Shown here: positions 1 through 10,795 of the stretch, in pieces
Numbering within the stretch: the stretch's first letter is position 1
Layout: every line of letters starts with the position of its first letter
DNA from: Heterodontus francisci
Taxonomy: Eukaryota
Assembly: GCF_036365525.1 (NCBI RefSeq)
Contig: NC_090372.1
Location: 74,696,078-74,760,077, forward strand
Length of the DNA stretch: 64,000 nt
Direction of reading: 5' to 3'
The notes under the pieces: generated by a model
The model's input: the letters and a program-made list of their open reading frames with translations, nothing else
What the model was told of the DNA's origin: nothing
Database searches by the model: none
Made by a program: the position numbers and the translations under genes

Positions 1-914
1 TTACAATTAAAATAGATGGCGAAGTTAACACCCACTTTATTAGTTATAAAGAGTCAGACTTTTGTATCGAAAAGTGATATTGCTTAGTTGATTTCGAGTT
101 TTGACTTTGTACAATTTGTTTCCTTTAGTAAGCAGGAAGTGATACTGGAAACGCTGAGTATCAAAAAAGACAGAAGTTGAAGTTTTCTTTGAAGTTCTTT
201 TGCATCAACTGCAACCTTCCAAAGGCAGACAGCTCTATAGCAGACATGTCCCTTGATATGGCCGACGTGCCCTAAAACACCATCGACTTTTGCTATTGAC
301 GCCAAACTGCATCTAATCATGTTGATTCTGAAGCAAATGCCTGTGACATTCTAGTCACGCGGCGTCAGCGGTTTGCTCAGTCAAAACAATACAAGGAAAA
401 TAGTTTAGTTTAGAAAGTTGATTCTACAATCTTGCATTTTTTCATTTCTTTACATTCCGCTTACTCGAGTATATTTATGTGAAATCAGTGAAATCTTTGG
501 TGCAATAATCTGAAGCAAAGCTTCAGTTGATGACAATGACTGTCTTTGGAGAGTGCGTTGTTTACATATATGTAAATAAGCAATTCAAGGTGAAAAGGTC
601 AGTGCTTAGATCTGGTATGTGTAGCATTTAACATGGCTTGAAAAGCTTCTTAAAAGACACGCAGATCCTTCCAATGAGCAGAAAACGTGTCCCATTTGAC
701 TTTTGATTCAGTTAGCTTGAACCTGGTTGAAACCTGATGATTTTCTCTGACTCCATGGCTTATCAATTAAAAAATCTAAAATAAGTTAAATGCATGTAAT
801 GTAAAAAGTACGCGGGCAATGATGGAAGAAAAAGTTTTAAACACTGTTTATGGAAAGGGAAGAGAAACGGCCACATACTTGATTATAATAGAGAAGCGCA
901 GCATTTTAATAGAA

Positions 915-920
915 TTTATT
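915..920 (-). terminator. Likely hoxa1 polyadenylation signal
   Basis: AATAAA about 870 nt after the stop codon. Confidence 0.55.
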
Positions 921-926
921 ATTTGG

Positions 927-933
927 ACCCGTA
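927..933 (-). promoter_or_regulatory. miR-99/100 7mer-m8 site in the hoxa1 3'UTR
   Basis: TACGGGT on the mRNA, 6 nt upstream of AATAAA (915-920). Confidence 0.6.
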
Positions 934-1789
934 AATTCTGTTCTGGATTTCAGTCACAGAAAATCTCAGAACCGTCTCAAATCACGTGCTGATTGTATAT
1001 AACATCTAGTCACACAGTAGAACTGATAAAACTCAGTAATGAGTAGGTACACACTGACAGCATTGTATCATGCAAAATTCCAGACACAAACCACAAGGAA
1101 AACAATCGTTTGGCTATAAATTACATTAACAGGTAGCTCATGACATCAAGTTCAACAGATATCGGAGTAAACGTGATCATTCTGAGGTATTTTAACAAGG
1201 TGCTACTGCTGGGCTTGAGACAACCCACGTACGTTTTGGAGGGGGACACATATTTAACATCTTTCAAATTTTACATAGCCCAGTGCAATGAAGTATATGT
1301 AATTTCTGTACATGTAACCTTCCCCAGTTTAAGGAGAGCTTCTCTATCGACCCAGCTCTGCTTGCTGCAAGTACAAGAAATGTTTTGCTTACACTTCGAT
1401 TCATTGATCACATTTTGTTTATAAAAACTCTACATCTACATCATATAATGGTCGCTTGACCCTGGCTTTCAGCATTATTTTTAGAAAATATTCGTAAAAA
1501 GATAAAACTCTTGAGAAAATATATACAACCAGCGCAGCTTACAATATATATGCAACACATTAAATTAAAATAGGACAATTATATTATACAGTAGTTGGTT
1601 CTTAGTGTAAACACTTTTGTAATAGTGCATCTCTGGTTCGTTTAGAGATTGACAGATTTTTGTTCCAAATAAAATATCTTTCTTTTGGTTTGTTTCCCAG
1701 AAATTTATATAGCATTACATCTTTCCCTTCTAACTTAAAACAACGAGCAAATTAAATAGTTCCTAATTTGGGCTTGTTTTCGGAATGTT

Positions 1790-2142
1790 TCAGCCTGAAG
1801 TATTAATAGTTTCTGAGGTAGATGATGATGGGGAGGGGGTCGATGAGGTAGAGTTACATTTGTCTGAGGTGTCTTCTGTGTTTGCTTCACTCCCAGGCGT
1901 GGCCGGAGAAGCTGAGGTAAGACCCTCCTTTTCCCGTTTTTTCTGCTTCATCCGCCGATTCTGGAACCAAATTTTTACCTGGGTTTCGTTGAGCTGGAGG
2001 GCAGCAGCGATTTCCACCCGCCTGGCCCGAGTCAAGTACTTGTTGAAGTGGAACTCTTTCTCCAGCTCCGTTAGTTGCTTGGTGGTGAAATTGGTTCTCA
2101 CCGTATTGGGCTGACCGGCAAAACCATACTCTCCAGCCTTTC
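1790..2142 (-). CDS. hoxa1: Hox-A1 coding exon 2 (homeodomain)
   Basis: Acceptor TTTAG|GA; [69 protein letters not shown] (labial/PG1 type); spliced protein 326 aa. Confidence 0.97.
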
Positions 2143-2572
2143 CTAAATCAGTAAAAAGAAGTCACAAAAGTCAGGGCAAATTTAGAAGACAAAATGTGAC
2201 AAGTGCTTGGGATTGCTGGGTTAGTTTTGCTGCATTGATAATCAATCATTGCCGTTCCAGTAGTTTGGAAATGTCTTGTCAGGAAAGCTTAAAAGGATTA
2301 CTCTACAACTGTTACACGTCATCAGCTAGCTGATGTTTAAATTATGTTTCACAGAATGCTGATAAGACTGGAAGAAAGAAATAGATCAAAGAAAAAGACA
2401 ATTTGGAGGAAAGGTGAGGCCATCAGACCAGCTTTAACAACATGCAACAGATAAAGATTTTTTACTCCAGTCTTTCACGCTTTGCTGTCACTTTTCCCAC
2501 CGGATTTGCTAGGATCTATTTTCACCTTACAATTACCTGTAGAAAGCAATGCACATAGAAAACTGAAATTAC

Positions 2573-3200
2573 CTGTTTTTGGAGGATTCCTCTTCACTTT
2601 CATCCAGTCAAAGGTCTGTGCTGGGGGAGGGGTCTCAGCAGACGGGGAGCAGCAGGCTTCCTGGTGACTGCCATGAACGGGTGACAGAGAGTGACAACCT
2701 GCAGCGAGGGCTAAACCCTGCTGTTCTTGCCCGTAAGGGTGATGGGGATATTGGCCTGATCCTACCATCCCGCCATAACTGTGGTGATGAGGGCTAATAG
2801 CTGAGGCAATATTTCCAGGGTAGACAGCAGGAGCACACTGAGGGTACCCTCCGTTGCCATCCGTCTCTTGATTCAATGAGTAGTGATGACTGTAGCCTGT
2901 GTTAAAGCTCTGTGCTGGGTAGCCTGCCCCACAGTTGGGGTGGGCACTGTAGGAGATGCCCAGGTTGTTGGGATGTGTATAGTTACTCTGGTGATGGTGA
3001 TGATGATGAGGAGGAGCACCTATTTGGACACTTCTGCTCACGATATAGCGGTCATCAGCGTTGCAGTTATTATTACTAACGGCACAAGACTGATAAGTTG
3101 TAATTCCTTGATCTGCATGGTAACTTCTGGAAGAGCAGGTCCCAGTTTCTCCGTTAATGATGGAATAATCTAGAAAGGAGTTCATCCTTGCATTGTCCAT
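2573..3200 (-). CDS. hoxa1: Hox-A1 coding exon 1
   Basis: [13 protein letters not shown]-terminus, poly-His, PG1 hexapeptide [14 protein letters not shown]; donor CAG|GTAATT at 2572; 628 nt, phase 1. Confidence 0.97.
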
Positions 3201-3357
3201 CTGTCACTGGGGTAAACAGCATATAAAGTGACTGTCCACCAACCTGGATGGCCCGTGCCAACTTGCCCACTTCCTCAATGGGGCTGAAAGAAAATGATAT
3301 CAATATACAGTGGTGTCGCCACGTGACCAAATTCGTCCAATCGCGGGGTTCCCTGCG

Positions 3358-3608
3358 AAGTTTGCATGTGATCGATCACTGTTTTAGTGGCATTTAAATT
3401 ACAAACGCTCTTCCATCAAGGTTACGCCATTATTAGCCCGCAAATGCATTATACTTCAAAGCATGCCCGGCAGAATGCAGCAGGGATGTGTTGAAGATGC
3501 AGGTACTGTTTCGCTCGGGTCTGCATTGCCATTAGAGTTACCGCGAATCGCGCGTCTACAATGGGGGCAATTATCCCGTCTTCTTCCGCACAGTAGCTTC
3601 TCTGTCAG
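3358..3608 (+). ncRNA. Candidate HOTAIRM1-like antisense lncRNA first exon
   Basis: Divergent from the hoxa1 promoter; AAGTTTGC..GTGATCGATCACTGTTTTAGTGGCATTTAAAT resembles the human HOTAIRM1 5' end (recall); donor CAG|GTAAGA at 3608/3609. Confidence 0.45.
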
Positions 3609-6600
3609 GTAAGAAAAGCCGCAGGATTAAATACCCAACAGCCAGGACCTAAACGGTTAAAGGAATGGTGTTTGTGTAGCGTCGCTCCACTGTGGAAAAG
3701 GAATCCGGTATTCCTCTCGAGTGTCTGCTGTAGCATTGTGTGTGAGCGGCGTTTTTTTCAAGCATAACTCGATGATATGTAGGTCGGAAAAGCTATGCAA
3801 AGCGAGTCTATGATGTGTCAGACCACTTCGTGCATTTTAATGAAAGAAAGTACAGGTAACTGCTACATTTCATTCAGGCATGGGATAGCCTGTGCATATT
3901 ATGAACTGATTCTACCCTTAGTGCTAATCCGTGCAACGTAATTGAAGACGACCCTCAAAACAAAGGGTAAAATGATTGATTGGATTAAGAGTTTTATGAT
4001 GTAAAGATTTGTATTTAAGTTGTGTGTGATATGGTGTGGGCTTGTAAAGGGAGGCGCCATGCCTTCACTGTGCAATAATGTCACAAGGAAGCGTGCAACA
4101 GCCTATCAAGGCCTGGCCTTTGCCTGTCCTCCGGTTTCTAGCTATTGGCATGGAAATGAGCAGCCTCTTCAATCGAATACAGGCTGGCAGGAGCATCCCC
4201 TCACTATAGGGTTACAGGCAGCCAAAGAGTCTTCTGTATTATATTGGCTGCCTGCCTTTATTCTGGTTGCAGCGGGAATCAGAGATTTTTTCCACACAGA
4301 TATGAATAATAACTCCCCTTGGCTAAGGCATAATGTAACCAAACGTGGTCGATTGGAAGGCGCTGCCGCCCATCTGTCAGCTTCCTGTAGAGTTCTCTCC
4401 GAGCAGTCAGGGTCGGTGCTGATTTGAGATCTATCTTTTGCACATTACAGAGTGACGTGGCTCAGGGTTAGATACAGTAATTTACTCGGATTAATTAATT
4501 ATGACAAACAGTGGATTACGGTCCTACTGTAAGCAAGCATTGCGGAATGGCGACCACACGTGGAACTTAGAGATTATTTCGGTTTAGATTTAGGCTTTGT
4601 GAAATTTGACAACTAATTCATGAAAGTAAATGTCCGACTAAGGTTTGTGAAATATTTTGAGTGAGTCTTCACAAATCACTTAACTGTAGTATTCCACAGC
4701 TCTTGAAGCGGAAATAGCTGATTATTGTTCTTTGTGGCCTGTGTGTGTTTTAATTATTAAACGGACTTCATGAGATTAGCAAAAATTGTCCAAAAGAAAA
4801 TGTAACAGGAGTGTTTTTTTTTCAATATATACTTCTGACCAATGGAACTTCTATCGACTGTACAGAATATGATGCTTTTACTCCGCGACCTATCTATCGA
4901 CTGAAGCTCAGTAAAGCTCCAGTTTTAACTCTCCAAGTCAGTAATACACTTAAGCAGACAAAACAAACACAGAAATGAATTGCAATTCACTCGGACAAGC
5001 ACAGGAAACCTTTTTGCAGAGTATAAAACATCTTTCGTTTCTGTGTGCTGTACCCTGAAAATTTATTTTTTTTCGCCTTGTATTAGACGGCAATTAGAAA
5101 TCATACTTTAGTGCATTTCCCCCTCTTTCCATATGCTCGTAAATTAGAACAAATGAACAGCTTCACTGTAACAATCCGCTCCGCCATCTTTATTTCCTGG
5201 GTCTGAACATTCACTGTAGCGGAAACTGCCCGCTGAAGAAATCTGGATTGGATCTTTTTTTAAAAAATGTCTTTAGTACTTTTCGGTTTGAATTCTGCAA
5301 AAAAAAACTCCTCCCTTCCCCCACTGGAATGCTTTCCTTAAAGTAGTTTTCCCAACTATCCCGTGAAATATCTGTATCTTTCCCCGCAACCCGTAAACCA
5401 AAGACTGACTTTTAGTATTTTAGGGTGGTTGCGGTCGCCATGCGCCATTGAGAATGGCCTGAAAGCCTGCGGTGCTGAGTAACCGGGCTTTCGGGGTAAA
5501 AACACATCTCCCAGTAAGCTGCCCATTATGTCATGTAAAGACTTGGTTAATAACGACAGGTTATCGACAATGTGTCACTATTTGCCCGTGCGGTTTGCTT
5601 TTAATAAGGAAGTATCGCTTTCCCGATACACAATACAGCAGCCTGATAAAGAAAGTAATAAAAACGCCTTAACACAAAACCAGTAATACAATGTGCAGTA
5701 AAAGTCCTTCCTATTATTTCCCTGCTTAATGATTAAACAATTGGAACTCCAGTCCAACAGTAACATCGTTGTAAATCCTTACGTGGTAAGTCCCAATTCG
5801 AACTGAGTGTCAGCAGCAGCAATAGAAAGCGCAGTGCTCTTTATAAGAAACAGTGAAAATGAATTACGACTCAACGCCTACAAGTTTCAAGCTGACAGGG
5901 GTTCCCCGGTCCAAGCAAATACGTAAGATGTTTTTTTGTTATGTACTGCTGCGATTGATCCATTTGATGACATTCTCATTCATAAAAGGGATTTGATTTA
6001 TGAGTTTGGGAAGAATTACCTCCAGAACCGTTCCTGTCACTGCTTACGCAGAAGCCCAACGTGTTTCAAACGACAACACAAACACATATGCACCGCTAGT
6101 TTCTGTTGAATCGAAATAAGTATTACAACAAGTTCTTCGGGGGAGGGAGCCTAGAGGGAGAGGAGGTGTTACAGGAGGATTAAAAGAGAATGGTTGCCTA
6201 AAAATCCTCATGCACAATAAGGATGCATTCCTACAGCTGTTATTTCATTTATACATATAGTAATGCACTAAACGCCAGAATATGCCTTGTGTTTTTATAA
6301 AAAGTGGGCCAAGATTTGAGATCATGTTTTCTGAAGACTTTTTCAAAAGGAAGATTGTAGCAAATTAAACATTTGTGCTGAATAGATTTTTGAAGAACCA
6401 CACTGACGCTCTCTCGAGCTCGCTTTTTTCTTTAAAATGTTGTGACTCTTAATTAAATAAAATCGGTTTTCCATATTACATTTCTAATGTACGATTTCTT
6501 AGTAAAATAATAAACTGCGTGATAATGCGGGAGTTTCTTAGGCCCAGCTGTTTTTTTTGTTGTTGAAAAAAGCAGGTTTAACGGCGCATGACGCAGTGAA

Positions 6601-7521
6601 ACATATGGGAATCTATATTGCAGATGATGACTGGCAGTCAGCGAGATAAGGAATAGAGGAATCAGCGTTAAAGATTAGCTACTGACATCAACAAATAAAG
6701 ACGTTTGTTTAGTAACAAGCACACATGGGCATGAACACTCCTAAACTTTTTTCCTTCTTTCCTAGATTTTCTGACTGGTGGCAGGTGTATCCATGGGGTG
6801 TGTACTGAAGAAGATTTTGCTACGAAATATTACTAATTTCTATATATAGCATTCTTTTTGCCTTTGTTCAGTTTGTTATATCAAAGTGTTAATATTAAAA
6901 TGTAGCGCCACATATTTTGTGTCATTTAATAAAGGCAATATTAATATATTTCCCGAGTGCGTGGCTCTGTGCCACAAACAGTTTCGGTCAAAGTTTTCAA
7001 ACCCAGCTTTATTGTTGTTTCTGTGGAGTCATAAATAAAGATCTTGGATTCTTTTATTCTTCTTCAATAAATGCTGATATGAAAAAAGTAAAGAACGAGA
7101 CTGACCAGACTGCTCAATTTTATTAATGCATTTATGTCAAAAAGAAATGAAATATTTATTAAGTGAAAATAGTCCTGAGAGAGAAAATGCTTCAGGATGG
7201 CTACCTGTAGCGTATAATATTTTGCTCTATCAAATTATTTATGACAATGTACCTTAAAATAATACGAAAGTGAAAAAGGGAAAAGTAGAGATTGGTCGAT
7301 TTCTATGCAATAATTTTCATGAGGGACCCATGTCTTGCTGGGCGACGAGTTATAAAATACGGGGCATTAGTCCAAAGACAATAACTAACTTTTGCATTTA
7401 TAGATGGGCCTCGAACACATTCAAGTTAATTGAAAGGAAAAAATACTGACCATTTGAAAGGAACTGAAGGAAAGAAAACGAATTTAAAAGAAGGCATATT
7501 CTGCTCACAGCGACTTTTCAG

Positions 7522-8261
7522 TTAGTAGTTCAAATGCTGCAAATCGATTGTGGTTAGAGTATCCGTAAAAAAGTCAAAACTGTCAGCAGAAAGATCCACA
7601 GGGCTGTCCAGGGACCCTGGTAAACTGGGCGATACTCCATCTGAAAGCTGTAAGCAGGATTCTGTGGAAAATACGTTAAAATCCTGTAAAGAAGGGACAT
7701 CAAGGGCCTCTGGACTGTCATTGTTCAAGCCAGCTGCACAGTTCTGGGCCATTGTTGACAGGCAGTTTTGAACAGTGGGTGACTGCTGATGAAAATGTTT
7801 TAGATTTTTCTCATTGCTGGGTAAAGGCGAAACTGGGAAACTTTGGGATTCTCCATTGTGTAAATTCTGCGCCTGCTGTTGAGTCAGTGCATTGGATTGA
7901 AAAGTATAGCCTTCCCTGTCCAAGAGAGCGCCTGTAACATTGTTGATGCCTTGCTCAAAGAGTGACTTCTCTTCGTCATCTTCAGTCTGTCCACTATCCT
8001 CCAAATTCTTAAATTTGCCATCGCCGTTTTGGTTTTCTTTGCACTGGGTCTGTCTTTTGTGCTTCATTCGTCTGTTTTGAAACCATACTTTCACTTGTCT
8101 TTCAGTCAAATCAAGCAAAGCTGCAATCTCCACCCGCCTGGGTCGACACAGATACTTGTTGAAGTGAAATTCTTTTTCCAGCTCCAAAAGCTGCGTGTTT
8201 GTGTAAGCTGTCCTTAACCTCCGCGATCCCCCACCTGTATTATCCGGAATTTCATGAGTTT
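7522..8261 (-). CDS. hoxa2: Hox-A2 coding exon 2 (homeodomain)
   Basis: Acceptor TTTGTAG|AA; [59 protein letters not shown] and C-terminal TIDLQHLNY; spliced 363 aa. Confidence 0.97.
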
Positions 8262-8536
8262 CTACAAATAAATAGAAGTGAAAAACAATAATAATAGTTT
8301 ACAGTCACTTGAACCAAAATTATATAAAATATAGACCATCCACTGCAACAAAATGGCCGCCTGAATGCAGTAAACCCATTGTTTCAATGTCTGCGGCTGT
8401 GGCGTCTGCCACTGGCTAAAATATTAAATATATTGCAAAATACACGTGCATCAAAGCCCAATCTTGTAGTAACGTTTACAACAGCCTTTCCACATTTGGT
8501 GATCTCTGCATCAGCTGCTTTACCATGAAAGTGCGC

Positions 8537-8629
8537 TCATCTATCACTCTTCATTACTGTCAAATATCAAAACTCTAAGATGGGGAGAGCACAGAAGGTC
8601 ATTTTCTGACTAGCTGGGCAAATAAATCA
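8537..8629 (-). promoter_or_regulatory. hoxa2 intronic Hox/Pbx plus Prep/Meis module (r4 enhancer-like)
   Basis: TGATAGATGA (8537-8546), TGACAG (8557-8562), TGATTTATT (8621-8629). Confidence 0.65.
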
Positions 8630-8770
8630 TCCTCCATTAAATAAGTTGGAGAAAGTGCTTCGATCTCTTAATTATTAACTAGCAACAAAATAAAACTGAT
8701 TAAACAATTCATGCAAATAAGCGAGTCTAAGTTAAGACAATAATTCGAAATGAAACGTCTTTGAGCTGAC

Positions 8771-9122
8771 CTTTCTGGGAAAGACAGGATGCTGCGGGTC
8801 CAGAAGAAGCAGGCAGGTGATTCTTCTTGGAGTTTTTTTTCTCTTTCATCCAGGGGTATTCCGGAGGTAGAGTCGCGGCTGGTAAAGGGCTTGTGCCATT
8901 TGGGCTCTGTTTTGGCCGGCTTTGGCGAGGGTGACTGCTGGGATTCAGGCTGGGGATGGTTTGCTCAAAAGGAGGAGGAATCACTGTCGAGTGTGAAAGC
9001 GTCGAGTTCTTGATTGATGAACTTTGAAATGTATCACCGACAGGGGGAAAAGATGTCAGGCACTCAGCAAGCGACGGCTGACTATTGATAAAACCAATTT
9101 CTCGTTCAAATTCGTAATTCAT
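8771..9122 (-). CDS. hoxa2: Hox-A2 coding exon 1
   Basis: [24 protein letters not shown] start (ATG at 9122), hexapeptide EYPWMKEKK; donor AAG|GTCAGC. Confidence 0.97.
9011..9020 (+). promoter_or_regulatory. Hox/Pbx site inside hoxa2 exon 1
   Basis: TGATTGATGA within coding sequence; a coding-exon Hox-Pbx r4 element is known in mammalian Hoxa2. Confidence 0.65.
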
Positions 9123-9199
9123 TGCCGTCTCCACAGAACGTAGGGGGAGAAAGTTAGGTGTTAGTTATTTTTTGGCCCGTTAAAAAAAAATAAATATCG

Positions 9200-9420
9200 C
9201 TGCTGTTTTTTTTTTCTAATTCACTGATTACAGCCGTATGGGGACCGTGCTACTATTAAACTATTGAATTCATGGAGACAAGGTTGAAATTGGACCGAAT
9301 TCGCTGTCACATGATTGCGTCTGCCCAATGACAATTTGGGGTTTAATCAAAAGAAGGCACTGTCTATGTGATTGATCCAAAAAGTCGGAGAGAAACGCCT
9401 CATTCAAGGCCAGCAGTGTT
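9200..9420 (-). promoter_or_regulatory. hoxa2 promoter/5' leader conserved block
   Basis: CACATG-N11-CCAAT (9308-9329), TGATTGAT (9369-9376); closely resembles the highly conserved mammalian HOXA2 leader (recall). Confidence 0.7.
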
Positions 9421-10704
9421 TTGATTTCCACTTTTTGATCCATCTTCCCATAATAAATGTGAAAAAGATTTTTGTTTTAAAGCTCGTGGAAATCAGCTCA
9501 TTCAGCCTTGCCTCTTTCTTTCTCTCTCCCTCTCTGTCTCCTGCACACTTGCTGGCTCCTCTTTCTCTGTGTGTTACCGACTGTCACGAAGACGACTTGC
9601 ACCTCACAAATCATCTTGCACCTAAATCTGACGCCTAGAGTCATTAACAAAGTAATCCATTAATCTTCAAAGTTTTGACACTGGACCCCAGAACCCAGCC
9701 ACATAAGAAGTTACACAGACGAAGCTACAGCCATTTGCTTCATGTTTTCGTTGGGATTTCGGTCTCCTTATTATTATATTTGTATAGTACTGGATATTCT
9801 TTGATTATTGTGCTGTACGAAGGCAATAATTCAAGCAGGAGGTCGAATATGGTGGTGATTCTGGATACTACACTTTTCTTATAATCGTTTGTTTATGACC
9901 AACGAAAAACGTAAAAGGCGTATCACTGAAGGTATTGTATTCTCTTGTGTTTTGTGAAATTTGTAACATCTAAAGATTAACTGCAAGTGAGAATAGATTA
10001 CTGTGTTTAAAACACACACGCACACATACATAAATATACACACAATCATATATAAACATATAAAATAAAACGAAACGGTTTTAATAAAACGAGAATTTGA
10101 GGGCATGGACTAAAATAAACTGTACGTTTTGCATCCACAAATTTCAATTTCTATTTCCTTTTAAAAAATGAACAGTACTTCTATCTAAATTGTGAAGTGG
10201 TGGGGTGGGGGCGGTTAAAGCTGTCACGATGCACTTATATTCGTTATGGCCGTGCAGTATTTAGTAAATATATTAGCACTTAAGAAAAAAATCCTTCACC
10301 ATCACGGAATTGTAAAGTGCTGGGATTTTGTTGAACTGAGTAAAATGGAAATAGCAGTGGTTTTCTTGGCCTCCGTTTTGCTTATACCGCAAACAAAGCT
10401 GTAAGGAAGTATGTGCGCTATCAATCTTGTTCGGCAAAAGGTCTGACAGCTTTTGGCCCCCAGAACACATTTAAAGCTTCTCTCTGCAATGTCGAATACC
10501 ATCAACAAGAGAGTGTGAATCCTGCTTGTTACTTTAAATGGTTACAGAAAATATTTTATTTATCATCATAGCATATTCAACACTACTGAACAGCAAGGGG
10601 TGAGTTCATAGAAAATATATAATCATTTATAGTAGCTAGCCTTCTTTCAAGTTTGAACTGTAGGTTTTCATGCTAAGCTACAAATGGAACGACCTTTTTG
10701 CAGT

Positions 10705-10795
10705 TAAATGGGGCTTTTGTATGTGAAATGTGTGTAGGTGTTGGCGTTCTGCAGATTTTCACAGCCTTTCAGTTGCAAGGGCATGTGGGCGAAAG
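10705..10795. promoter_or_regulatory. Candidate hoxa2 r3/r5 (Krox20/Egr2) enhancer
   Basis: Egr-like GTGTAGGTG (10732-10740) and ATGTGGGCG (10783-10791), plus BoxA-like ACAAAAGCCCC on the minus strand, about 1.6 kb upstream of the ATG. Confidence 0.4.

Noticed and set aside
1-1789. Expected hoxa1 3' DR5 RARE
   Set aside because: No GGTTCA-N5-AGTTCA found by eye; probably lies beyond the window's left edge
1785-2114. Antisense ORF over the hoxa1 homeobox (likewise 34365, 47373, 48305, 51040)
   Set aside because: Shadow frames of real coding exons; common opposite homeoboxes
4020-4427. 135-aa + strand ORF between hoxa1 and hoxa2
   Set aside because: Non-ATG start, no recognisable domain, non-coding-like composition
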